Source: a virus
Taxonomy: Duplodnaviria; Caudoviricetes
Length of the DNA: 57,545 nt
IMG/VR virus record: IMGVR_UViG_3300024243_000020
Coordinates: 1 to 57,545 of that record
Reading direction: 5' to 3' (one strand)
How positions within the stretch are numbered: position 1 is the stretch's first letter; every line of letters starts with the position of its first letter. A program made the position numbers and the translations under genes. Positions 10,452 through 21,100 of the stretch are shown here, in pieces. A model generated the notes under the pieces. That model worked only from the letters and a program-made list of their open reading frames with translations. It had not been told where the DNA came from and searched no databases.

Positions 10452-13400
10452 GATATTTTACTAAAATCTCCATCTTCTTTATCAATTACTAGAAAATCAT
10501 CCATAAAATCACGTATTCCATCAATATGTGATATCACCAACACGAAATCAAATCTATTTCTTAGATATTGAAATAATCCACTCATATTAACAAGATTTTC
10601 AGGGTCTAACGTGCCCCATCCTTCATCAATAATGAAAAATGTTGGTTTTGGTAGATTGCATACATTGATTAGACCAACTCGTATCGCAATTGATGATACA
10701 AAACGTTCCATCCCACTTGATAATTCAAGAGGCCATTGTAAATCACCCCTACAGATGAATATATCAATATTTTTGGTATCCATTGCCAATTTAACAGTAA
10801 ATTCAACTGACATGCTATCAAGAATCTTATTTATCTCATATTCGATCAATGATATTGTGTCTTTTATCAATAAAAATTGAATTCCATCTTTTGATACTGA
10901 TTTTATATATAAATCATAGTCATTTACTCGCTGTTCTAATTTTATTAGATCATTAAGCTCTTTTTTTATTGATTTTATGCGTTCTTGCAATATGATAACA
11001 TCAGTGTCAGCTTTTTCTTTTTCAAGTGTCTTGATTGATGTGTCTTTTTTTGTATCTTCTATATTTTTCTTTATTGTTCCTAATCTAGAAGTTATCTTCT
11101 CATTAAATTTAATATTATCTTTATTTATTTTATATAAATCGATTTTATTAGATACAACATCAATTAAATTCGTGATTCTCTCTATATTATTTTTACTACT
11201 CTCCATCACATTCTTGGTATTTGTAGCATCTTGAGTTATTTTATCAAATTCAAGCTTTAATACCAAATATGATTCATATTCATCTACTACACCAATTAAT
11301 GAGGTATTTATTATATTCACCAAATTAATTATTTTGTTATTTTTTAATATATTAGCATCTAATAAATCTGAAATTTGTTTTGATGTGCTATCAATGCCTA
11401 ATATTTGAGTTTGACCATTCTCTACACAATATGCACAATCTGAATCATATTCATATGTTTCTAATTCTGATATATGTTTGTTCATTATTTCAATTTGTAA
11501 TTCATTTTTATGTTTTTCACTCTCAAGAGTCTCTATATCTTTAGTTATTTCACCAACTATGTTATATTTTTTCACTAATTCAGCTTCATTTACAGCTTTG
11601 ACTGTAGCATACGATTTCATATACTTATCTTTTAATTTAGCCATAGTATCTTGATGTGTTTTCAATGATGTTTCGTGTAATATTAAATCATTCTTATATT
11701 TTAATATTAATCTTTCTTCATCTTCTAATATTAACGTAGAAACAGCTTTATCAACTGGTTTAATATCTCTCAATAATAATTCTTTATCTTCATCAGCTCG
11801 AATTAACGCAGTTTCATTATCAAATAGTTGCAATCTTAATAATAATAGTACATTCTTTTCAATATGTGTTATTTCATCAGTTGCAGTATTTATTCTATCA
11901 TGATGATCTAATGTATTGAATCTTTTCAACAACACTTTATCATCTTTTATGTCCTGTTTTGCCAAATCGAACAGTTGTTCAAATATATCTATACCAATAA
12001 ACTGTGATAATATTCGTTTTCTATCACCTTGTTTCTTATCCAATAGATTTATTCCATTATTTTGTGATGATAGTGCTGTTAATACAAAGTCTGAAAATGT
12101 TCCTATTCGTTTTCTAATTTCTTCATTCGTTCCAGTACCATATGTTGTGTTTCTTCTTGATGCTCCAGCTAAATTCTCACCTACTTTTTCAAATCCAACT
12201 TTAACAGCACATGTTTTCTTCTTAACACCCTTTACTTTTCTTGTTCCTAATGTTCCATTTCTGGTTATAGTGTGATCTTCACCAGAAATGTTCAATACCA
12301 TCTTAGTTGAAAATTCTTCAGATTGAGTATTCAACACATCTATTGCAGACGATGTTCTTGAACACATATCATATCCAGTATAGGCTATAATATCTGGGAT
12401 GCTTGATTTTCCAGATGCATTTGGACCAATCAATCCAACAATGCCCTTTAATTTGTCAAAATCTATAGCATTACCTTTACCATATGAGAACATATTATCA
12501 AATTCTAAATGTTTCAATTTCCATTTAATATTTCGTTCCAATACTTCGTTCATATTTAATGAATTATTTAACGATTTGTTTATACTATATAATCGTTGCA
12601 TTGTATCTTCATCACTACATAGTAAGGCACTTGAGGCATAATCTTTTATTAATTCATTTTGATAATTTACATCATTTACATCTCCAATAGTTATAACCTC
12701 AACACCATCTTTTGTTATTGATGTTGAATTTTTATCATCTATTTCAAGATTTTTTAAATGTGGTCGTTTCTCTTTTATTTCTTTGATTATTTGATCTAAT
12801 TGTTGTAGTGATGTCTTTTCATATTTAATTTTCAATTTACCAAATATAGGTATGTTATCTAAATTAGCAACTGTTGCACCATTTATCACTTTAATATCAT
12901 GATATGCATAATCATTTGTTATTTCATGAAATGTTGAAGTTCTACTTTCTAAATCCCACATCAAAAATCCATGTTTTTCACCCTCACCATAATTTTGACG
13001 AATTAAACTACCAGGATATTTTATAGCGGCCGTATTCTTTTGTTTATCATACTTTCCAATAGTTTGTGGTAAATGAATATCACCAGCACAGACAATATCA
13101 TAACCATCAAAACTACTTGGCTTTATATTTTCATTTGTTAGTGTAATTCCACTATCTACAAAATATGATCCAATACCACCATGAAACAAACAAATCTTGT
13201 ATTCTGAATCCATATCATTTGGGTCGGGAATTAGACTCTCTGATTCCCCATCCATGACTGATAACACGCCGAATGAGACGTTATTTAGTGTCTTAACACC
13301 GCTTTCTTTCCAATATCGTATGTTGGGTGTAATTTCTTTTAAAAGGTCGTATATGGGTGATATTACGTCTTCTCTCTGAAGATTACCTAATAAACAATCA

Positions 13401-13654
13401 TGATTCCCAGGTATGATTATAGTTGTAGTTATGTTAGATAATTGTTCTAATACTTCAGCAACTAATCTCATTTCTTCTGGTGATGTCTCAATCTTACCAT
13501 GAACAACATCTCCTGTAACAGTTATTACATCAGGAGCTAATTCTTTTAATTTAGTATATGTTCTTTCAAAAACGTGTCGATATTCTCTATGTCTTTGCAA
13601 TCGGCGAATGTGTAAATCGCTCAAATGTGCTATTGTTGTTATTCTCTTATCCAT
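10442..13654 (-). CDS. Fused SbcD/Mre11 nuclease - SbcC/Rad50 ATPase
   Basis: Phosphoesterase motifs SDLH, TGD, GNHD, FHG, GDIH; Walker A GPNASGKS; coiled coil with CAYC zinc hook; LSSGME signature; IIDEGWG Walker B; ISH. Confidence 0.92.
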   Translation of the reverse strand: MDKRITTIAHLSDLHIRRLQRHREYRHVFERTYTKLKELAPDVITVTGDVVHGKIETSPEEMRLVAEVLEQLSNITTTIIIPGNHDCLLGNLQREDVISPIYDLLKEITPNIRYWKESGVKTLNNVSFGVLSVMDGESESLIPDPNDMDSEYKICLFHGGIGSYFVDSGITLTNENIKPSSFDGYDIVCAGDIHLPQTIGKYDKQKNTAAIKYPGSLIRQNYGEGEKHGFLMWDLESRTSTFHEITNDYAYHDIKVINGATVANLDNIPIFGKLKIKYEKTSLQQLDQIIKEIKEKRPHLKNLEIDDKNSTSITKDGVEVITIGDVNDVNYQNELIKDYASSALLCSDEDTMQRLYSINKSLNNSLNMNEVLERNIKWKLKHLEFDNMFSYGKGNAIDFDKLKGIVGLIGPNASGKSSIPDIIAYTGYDMCSRTSSAIDVLNTQSEEFSTKMVLNISGEDHTITRNGTLGTRKVKGVKKKTCAVKVGFEKVGENLAGASRRNTTYGTGTNEEIRKRIGTFSDFVLTALSSQNNGINLLDKKQGDRKRILSQFIGIDIFEQLFDLAKQDIKDDKVLLKRFNTLDHHDRINTATDEITHIEKNVLLLLRLQLFDNETALIRADEDKELLLRDIKPVDKAVSTLILEDEERLILKYKNDLILHETSLKTHQDTMAKLKDKYMKSYATVKAVNEAELVKKYNIVGEITKDIETLESEKHKNELQIEIMNKHISELETYEYDSDCAYCVENGQTQILGIDSTSKQISDLLDANILKNNKIINLVNIINTSLIGVVDEYESYLVLKLEFDKITQDATNTKNVMESSKNNIERITNLIDVVSNKIDLYKINKDNIKFNEKITSRLGTIKKNIEDTKKDTSIKTLEKEKADTDVIILQERIKSIKKELNDLIKLEQRVNDYDLYIKSVSKDGIQFLLIKDTISLIEYEINKILDSMSVEFTVKLAMDTKNIDIFICRGDLQWPLELSSGMERFVSSIAIRVGLINVCNLPKPTFFIIDEGWGTLDPENLVNMSGLFQYLRNRFDFVLVISHIDGIRDFMDDFLVIDKEDGDFSKISYN

Positions 13655-14576
13655 AAATCCGCCATTTCATTATATCACTAAATGTGCATTGTTTAGTGGT
13701 GTTTCTTATTAATTCATTTATTTTTATATGTCCCAAATCACTTGGGTCTTTATCTTCAGGTAAATCAACCAAATATACATTTTTACCATTATCCATCAAT
13801 TCTGATGCAATTATTGATGCTACTTTTTTAGCATCAGAATCTAAGCACACATATATATCTTTATTTTTACTTGTTATTAACTTATTCATCAACATTGGTT
13901 GTATCATCTTTCCTAATATTGGTATTGCATTAATACCAACAGAGATAGCATCAAAAACTCCTTCAACCAATACAATTGGATCATCCCAATACAAAGTATT
14001 ATCAAACATAACAATATCTTTTGATACTTTTGGGTTTTTATATTTAAAACTTGAATTTGGGAAAATATCTCTTGCAATAAAATAATTTAAATTACAGTCT
14101 GAATCAAAACTTGGTACAATAACTCGATTTGCATATGGACCAGTTTCACAATATCCAATACTATATCGCATCATATGATTTGTAGTGATGCCTCTATCTG
14201 ATAGATATTTCTTCACATGTCTATATATAATATCTGTTTGTTTTATGTGTGCTGGTTTGCATTCATACGGTAAATGAATTGCAACTTCTTCATTATTTTG
14301 ATTACCATATTTTATTTTATTATTAGAGGTTGAATTAAATTCATCTACTAAAGTTCTTATGTATTCAGTATCAGTACTTAGTGCTTTCGCTAAATATAAC
14401 ACCGATCCGAATTTCTTATTACAAACCCAACAATGTGACTTTCCACTAAAAATATTTAATGTGAATTTCCTCTTATGATGATGACAAAATGGACAAAAGA
14501 ATGAACATTCACCATCTTCACTTACAATTCCATCATTTAATATTCGTTCTAATAATGTAACTATTTTATATTGCAT
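13647..14576 (-). CDS. DNA primase (zinc finger + TOPRIM)
   Basis: CPFC...HCWVC zinc finger; VEGVFDA and LDSD TOPRIM motifs; KDP. Confidence 0.9.
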   Translation of the reverse strand: MQYKIVTLLERILNDGIVSEDGECSFFCPFCHHHKRKFTLNIFSGKSHCWVCNKKFGSVLYLAKALSTDTEYIRTLVDEFNSTSNNKIKYGNQNNEEVAIHLPYECKPAHIKQTDIIYRHVKKYLSDRGITTNHMMRYSIGYCETGPYANRVIVPSFDSDCNLNYFIARDIFPNSSFKYKNPKVSKDIVMFDNTLYWDDPIVLVEGVFDAISVGINAIPILGKMIQPMLMNKLITSKNKDIYVCLDSDAKKVASIIASELMDNGKNVYLVDLPEDKDPSDLGHIKINELIRNTTKQCTFSDIMKWRIYG

Positions 14577-14592
14577 ATAACCTCATATATAT

Positions 14593-14632
14593 ATATAAAT
14601 ATAGGCTAAAATCCCCAAAACAACAACTTTTT
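14593..14632 (-). promoter_or_regulatory. Repeated putative phage promoter upstream of primase
   Basis: AAAAAAGTTGTTG...TTTTAGCCTATATTTATAT on minus strand. Confidence 0.6.
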
Positions 14633-14642
14633 TACATAAATG

Positions 14643-15167
14643 TTAAATTATTTGCTTTGTGCTCCATAATGCACACACAATTGCGTCATACATATCTGCA
14701 TTTCTGCGGTCCCAATTCTTTCTTTTATTCATTAAAGTGAATTTTGATGTATCATATAATCTTTCGATATTTTCCTTCACGAAATCTTTTGGCTTCACAC
14801 CCTTTATAAATGCTCTACCAAATGCATTTTTTCTAGCACTTCTTGGATTTACGTGTACAATATCAAGTTTTAACGCCTCTTCTAATATATATGTGAATAG
14901 TACATTGAACTTTATTAATTTTATAACGGTTTGTGCTCTTGTTCTACCAAATGCAAATCCAGATAGTGTATCCTCCAATACTATCGTATCAACTTTATCA
15001 TCTATAATATAAGACATATCTTCCAATATATCTAATACATAATATGATTTTTCTTTGATTGTTTTTTGTTTTGATATATCTATAAAACCACCTGTTAATA
15101 TCTTCTTATCTTCTAAAAATGCATATCCAACTACGTTTGTTGATGCATCTAATCCTAATGTTATCAT
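14643..15167 (-). CDS. RuvC-like Holliday junction resolvase
   Basis: LGLDASTNVVGYA, IVLED, DMYDAI acidic residues of RNase H fold. Confidence 0.8.
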   Translation of the reverse strand: MITLGLDASTNVVGYAFLEDKKILTGGFIDISKQKTIKEKSYYVLDILEDMSYIIDDKVDTIVLEDTLSGFAFGRTRAQTVIKLIKFNVLFTYILEEALKLDIVHVNPRSARKNAFGRAFIKGVKPKDFVKENIERLYDTSKFTLMNKRKNWDRRNADMYDAIVCALWSTKQII

Positions 15168-15179
15168 TTAACCTCTTAT

Positions 15180-15515
15180 TTAATTTTCATCATTTCTATC
15201 TTTATTATTTATTCCGTTTGGTAATAACTTTTCCAATACTTGATATTTTAGTCTACCATTTGGCATAATTATCTTTGAATTTGTTTTATACATAAAAAAT
15301 ACTGTATTTCTAAATCCTATTTTTGTTATTCTTGCTTTTCTACCATTAATATATACAATCTCATCTTCATTAAACTCTCTACTCATCCAAAATGACAATC
15401 CACTTACAGCAGATTCTATTGTAGTCTTAAACATTGACATACCCACTACGATTATAAGCAAGTACATATTATTACCTAAAAACTGAATTATTTCATATTT
15501 TGTTGTTGGGTCCAT
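15180..15515 (-). CDS. Minimal MscS-like membrane protein
   Basis: Hydrophobic N-terminus then FNEDEIVYINGRKARITKIGFRNT...IIMPNGRL resembling the MscS middle beta-domain. Confidence 0.55.
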   Translation of the reverse strand: MDPTTKYEIIQFLGNNMYLLIIVVGMSMFKTTIESAVSGLSFWMSREFNEDEIVYINGRKARITKIGFRNTVFFMYKTNSKIIMPNGRLKYQVLEKLLPNGINNKDRNDEN

Positions 15516-15524
15516 TTTATCATA

Positions 15525-16382
15525 TTACCAATCTTGTTTAATTTTAAAGGTAATATCAATATCTTTAGTCGTTTTAATCGGTTGTGAGTATCGAGTTACC
15601 ATTATTAATTTATTCTCATCGTCATATAACCCAATTGTACTAATATACGGTGACCATCCACTACCTGTTAAATTATTACTCAATAATGGTGATTGTGTTT
15701 TATCAGTACTTCCTAAAAAACCACTACTACTTATATATGCTCTGGATGTAACATTATTTGAAACGTTAAATTCATTACTTTTTATAAGCAATTTATATTC
15801 AGTTGAATATATTGTATGAGTCGAATCAAATTTTACATTAAACGAATTATCTACTAAATTCATATATGATAATGAAGATGAGAACGACCCAGTTTCAGTG
15901 ATATTTACAATACCTGTATTATAAAAAATGTTACCAACATAATTATTTGATGATGATGGTGAATTTATACTTTGTGATATTGAATTTCCAACTGGATATA
16001 AGTTACCAAACCCATCATCTTTAATTATGACTGAGCTTGATGTGAATGTAAAACTATTACGCTTAATCTCATCACCAAAATATTGTTGTGGTATTGAAAT
16101 CAATGATCCTGATGTAAAGAATTTATTCTTATGTTGTGGATTCTTACTATTCTCGATACCAAACACAAATGCTGGATTATTAAATTTAGTTTCTACATCA
16201 GAGCCACTTAAATAATAATTAACACGCAATGATGTCCAATAACTACCCGAGTTAATAGATGATCCTGATCTATAGTTAATAGCAACAAGACCATCATTAT
16301 TATTTGTTAAATTAACTGTTCTATTTACAGTTGATTCAGTTAATAGAATATCCTTTTTATTGATAGTTTTAAAAATTGACAT
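15525..16382 (-). CDS. Tail/baseplate structural protein
   Basis: C-terminal ISTIGLYDDENKLIMVTRYSQPIK tail-collar-like motif; paralogous to 16407..17399. Confidence 0.6.
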   Translation of the reverse strand: MSIFKTINKKDILLTESTVNRTVNLTNNNDGLVAINYRSGSSINSGSYWTSLRVNYYLSGSDVETKFNNPAFVFGIENSKNPQHKNKFFTSGSLISIPQQYFGDEIKRNSFTFTSSSVIIKDDGFGNLYPVGNSISQSINSPSSSNNYVGNIFYNTGIVNITETGSFSSSLSYMNLVDNSFNVKFDSTHTIYSTEYKLLIKSNEFNVSNNVTSRAYISSSGFLGSTDKTQSPLLSNNLTGSGWSPYISTIGLYDDENKLIMVTRYSQPIKTTKDIDITFKIKQDW

Positions 16383-16406
16383 AACATATCATTTATTTTA
16401 ATTTAT

Positions 16407-17399
16407 TTAATATGTTAAATTAACTTTTACTACAGTTTCAGATGAATAATTCTTCTGCACTGGTGTACTTAATCTAGCAACTGCCACAAGTTCATTTGTT
16501 GATGTATATAAACCAACAGTCGTTATGAATGTCTGTGGATTACCTTCAAATGATAAATTTCTAAATTCATTTGTCGATCCACTTGTGAATGTTGGATTAT
16601 TACTAAAGTTAAAATCTCTAGCTTTTAATCTACAAAAATATGATGTAGTTGCTTGATCTTCTTCGCTTCTAAATGTTTGTGATCCAGATTGTATTCCTGA
16701 AAAGAATGAAAAGGCATTGTCAGCTGTACCATCTGTAGCAGGATCGGGTGCAAATCCACTTGTTGAAGCAGCCACCGTTCCTGGAATACTTGCAGATAAT
16801 CTTGTAGCACTCAATAACATTATACCAACATTTGGATATAGCCATCCATATTTTGTCGTAGACGCGGCAACTGCAACTGCACCACCTGATCCACTCACAA
16901 CATTATATCTCGGTCCTACTGGTGTAGATACCGATGCAATTGTTGAACTATCATCAGTTAAATGTAATAATGAACCACCACCTGTTGTAGTTGAACCACT
17001 CAGTTGTAATGTCCAATTTTTCTTATTGATTCGATCAGTCATTCTAGCTCGTTCAAATGATATTGCATATACATCATTTTCAGCAGATGATCCAGTTAAT
17101 ATAAAATCATTATCAATTGTTGTTGGATCAAGTAATATTGTTTTTAATTGCCCATATATAGCTTGTGTTTGTCCAATTGTATCATTTGATCCTGATCCCG
17201 CCTTATGTCCATACGTTACTGATAATTGATCAGCAGAACTATATTGTAAATTGTAATAATATTCTTTTTGTCCTGCCGCTAACGATGCTGTTACTAAATT
17301 CGTACCAGCCAATGTGCCAACACCACCAGTAAAATAACCAGTAGTTACTTTAGACGTTTCGACAATTTTATCATCTTGTGTGAAATTTATATATTTCAT
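16407..17399 (-). CDS. Tail/baseplate structural protein
   Basis: C-terminal ITTVGLYTSTNELVAVARLSTPVQK; Ser/Thr/Gly-rich. Confidence 0.6.
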   Translation of the reverse strand: MKYINFTQDDKIVETSKVTTGYFTGGVGTLAGTNLVTASLAAGQKEYYYNLQYSSADQLSVTYGHKAGSGSNDTIGQTQAIYGQLKTILLDPTTIDNDFILTGSSAENDVYAISFERARMTDRINKKNWTLQLSGSTTTGGGSLLHLTDDSSTIASVSTPVGPRYNVVSGSGGAVAVAASTTKYGWLYPNVGIMLLSATRLSASIPGTVAASTSGFAPDPATDGTADNAFSFFSGIQSGSQTFRSEEDQATTSYFCRLKARDFNFSNNPTFTSGSTNEFRNLSFEGNPQTFITTVGLYTSTNELVAVARLSTPVQKNYSSETVVKVNLTY

Positions 17400-17413
17400 T
17401 TTTTATATCTCCG

Positions 17414-18034
17414 TTAAACAGTTTTTACGTTCTTTTTAACCGTTAGGTCAACATATGCAACTGCACCTGTTTTTGTGCCAGTTACAATACATGAAACTGT
17501 TCTGTTAACACTCGTTGGTTTTGCTGTTATTGTTATTTCTTTACCAGTATATGCAGCCGCTTGTGGTATTTCTTGTCTCGCTAAGAAATTAACAGCACTT
17601 CCACCAATATCGATTTTCTTACCACCTATTACATTAATAAATGAAACATCCGTGAACATGAATTCATAACCATCATCCGTACCATTTTCAGTAGTAGGTG
17701 AAATTTTCTTTGAATCATCTTGTGTTTCTAATGATATTGGTGAGGTAATTCTAACTAATGGCATATAAACAGTATTTCTATCTAATGTTGTTAATTTATA
17801 TCTCATTATTGCAGAATCATCCGTCACTGCTTCTAACATTGGTAGATTGGTAATGGCTTCACCATAATATGCTGATCCCGACGCATGTGCCGTATTCCAT
17901 AATCCATAATCTACACCTTCATCGCTACATGCAAATTTGGTAATTCCTAAACCTTTACCTTCTGCAAGTCTTTTTCGTCCGTGCTTTGTTAGTATTGCAT
18001 CAACAATTACTGTTGCACCATTTAAATATCCCAT
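17414..18034 (-). CDS. Virion structural protein (tail-collar-like N-terminus)
   Basis: DAILTKHGRKRLA...ITKFACSD motif; AGGAG ribosome-binding site upstream. Confidence 0.6.
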   Translation of the reverse strand: MGYLNGATVIVDAILTKHGRKRLAEGKGLGITKFACSDEGVDYGLWNTAHASGSAYYGEAITNLPMLEAVTDDSAIMRYKLTTLDRNTVYMPLVRITSPISLETQDDSKKISPTTENGTDDGYEFMFTDVSFINVIGGKKIDIGGSAVNFLARQEIPQAAAYTGKEITITAKPTSVNRTVSCIVTGTKTGAVAYVDLTVKKNVKTV

Positions 18035-18113
18035 TTAAAATTCTCCTGTATTATAACATATATCTGTATAATAATAAATATACATCATTTCACTTTATTT
18101 AATTAATTTCTTT

Positions 18114-21100
18114 TTATTTTTTTCTAATTACTTTCAATATTGCATCTGAATCCGAACCACCAACAGTTTTCGTGTATGCTGGGCTGTTTGGTAATGAATC
18201 TTGATGTAATGGGTCTTGTACTAATGTACCACTGACCAAATTTTGTGTACCATCATATGTTAGTTTACCTAACATTGTTTTAGATGTACCAGCAACAATA
18301 TAATGATTTGCTGGATATACGATATCACCAACACTTGATGTTGAAAAATATGCAGTTCTACCAATTTCAACCCCATTTGCATTATTCAAACTATTTAATA
18401 AATATCGTCTTTCAGTAAACTCCATATTTGGATTACCAACACCATTAAGTGATGATGATATTATTTCTAGATCACCAATCATATTAAATATGAATGTTCG
18501 TTCAACATATCCAGAACTATATTCACCATTAGCTCCTGCATATAATTCAGTTACAATATTATAATCATTACCATCAGAATCTTCCCAACTAACCTTCGAT
18601 GTTAAGTTGACATCCCTCACTTCAGTATCAGTTCCACTTCGAATTGGGAATATAGCATTTGTTGGTAATGTATATACACTTGTATAATCTATATCTGGAC
18701 TTATATATGTTTTATTATCATTTTGTGATACTATTGATACTGATGATGTGTACGATATATTAGATGGATATCCTACTTTATATTCAGATGCTGATCCCGT
18801 CATAAACCCAATCGCATTATATGTAGCAATATAATCCTTCTCATTATTAGTACCAACCACTGAATATACCGTTGTCATATCACTATTACCAATATGATCA
18901 GTATTAGCTGATGAATTTGTTATTGTAATCATATCTGGTATACTATATGATTCAGCATCACCAAGTAATGTTTGAATGGCTGTTGTAGTCATTCCATATA
19001 ATTGATCAATAACATCATAACTTCCAGCATAATTACCAGCATCAGCACCCGTTTTTCTAGTCATGCGCTTATGTTCATACTTATTTCTACTCAATAAATC
19101 TTGTTGTATTACTACACCTACAGTATCAAGCATTGATTTCGCTGGTATTAGTTTTTCAATTGAATTAACAATATCATTATTAAACACATTGCCTTGTTTT
19201 GATATAAATTTATTAATATCAACCGATACACCTTGTAAAATATTACTTCTGAATTTTTCAAGTTTATCATACGTCACAGAATAAACATTACTAGGCTCAC
19301 CAATCAATTCTGTGATACTTATATTAGATATATTATTTAATATATAACTATCTATTGCTGATGTTGGTGATGTGGTAATACTCAATTTTCTATTCACCAC
19401 TCTGTTGTTCAAAACACTACCATATATAGTATTATAACTACCCTGTAAGTGATTTAAATCATTGATTAACACATTTTGTGGATTAATTATAATCTTATTA
19501 CTATTAATTGAATACCCATCTGATATTAGAGAAAATATAATACGTATTATCGTATCTTGAATATATAATGCTCTATCAGCAACTAATGGTAATGGTTGTG
19601 TATAATTTTTACCAGTATTTGATGAATCTATAATTGTCATCCCAGTTGATCCAGATGCATAATTTTCATTTAATCTATATCTATATATTAAATCATCCAG
19701 TGATCCAGATATACCATTACCAACAATACTTTTTTTATCCAATACATGTTGTCTAAATGTAGATGCACTTAACGCAGTATCCCATGTTCGTATTTCAGCT
19801 ATTGATCCTGTTGAATCTTCCATAACAACTAAATTACCAGATACCGCAGTACTTAAACTACCACTAGAAATAAAGTTTTCATTTGTTGTGTCATCTAACA
19901 CATTCATATAAGATGTAGATGCTGATACCGCATTTACAAAACTAGGTATAGCATCTCCATCTTGGTCTGCAACGTAAAGTTTATAAGTCGTTTCATCAAC
20001 ACTTGAAGTCGTTCGTTGTAATAATACATTCCAATATTTATTGTTTTTTAGTGATAAATATGGAGTTTCCATAGTTATATTATTTGAATCAATACTTAGT
20101 GATCCTGTTTTTGATGTATTTAATCTAAACACCATTGAACCACTGATATTAGCACTTCCACTCGGTGATATTCTCAAATCCCACATTCGTTCATTACCAC
20201 TACCACTATTAATTAATAAAGATGATGTATATGAAGTCTCAACGTGTTTAAATACAAATTCAATTCCTTCAGCATCAGAGCTATTGGTACGCCAATCTAT
20301 GTTTAATTTTCTTGTACCATCCAATAGCAATGAATATAATGTATCTTCTTTTTGAACAAATGACACACTGCTTGTTAAATGTGATACTCCTCTTGTAATC
20401 GGCAACTCATCAACTGGTAATACAGAAGGATCGACGTTACCACCATATTCTGTTACATTCAACAAATCTGGTGGATAATTATATAAATTCAATAATGATC
20501 TAATACTATTTAATGTGCCTTTTGATTTATAAATGTGAATTAAGTTATTTAACACATTTCTATGCACTTCATCTTCTATATCTTTTAATGGAGCTCCATC
20601 ATTAAACGTTGAATAGTATTCTGCAAGACTCCCTGAATATATGTTTATGAAATCCCACCCTATCGAATTACCAATCATTGTAGTTAAATTCTTAGGTGGT
20701 GATTTATATGTAGAATATTCTCTGTTATGGAATGTAGTATACGTATCAATATAAGTTCGCAATAAATCAAAGTGTTCACCTAACATATTTAAAAATTTAC
20801 CAATTGTTGCATAATCAGTAGTAGTATCCATATATTCGGGTAAATTATTAGATAAGCTATGAATATTATTTGTATCATATGTTATTGATTGACTCAATTG
20901 ACCATTATACCATGAATTCCAATTGGTTGAAGCTGTACTATATAATTGAGCAAATGGTAGTGCATTTAATGGATTTTGAAGTGTCACTTTAACATCTGTT
21001 ACATATGATGAAGTTGTAGCCAACACATCAGAATAATATATAATGTCAAATGCACTTCCTCCTGGCACAATTGAACCAACAAATGGCGCTAGACTGTTTT

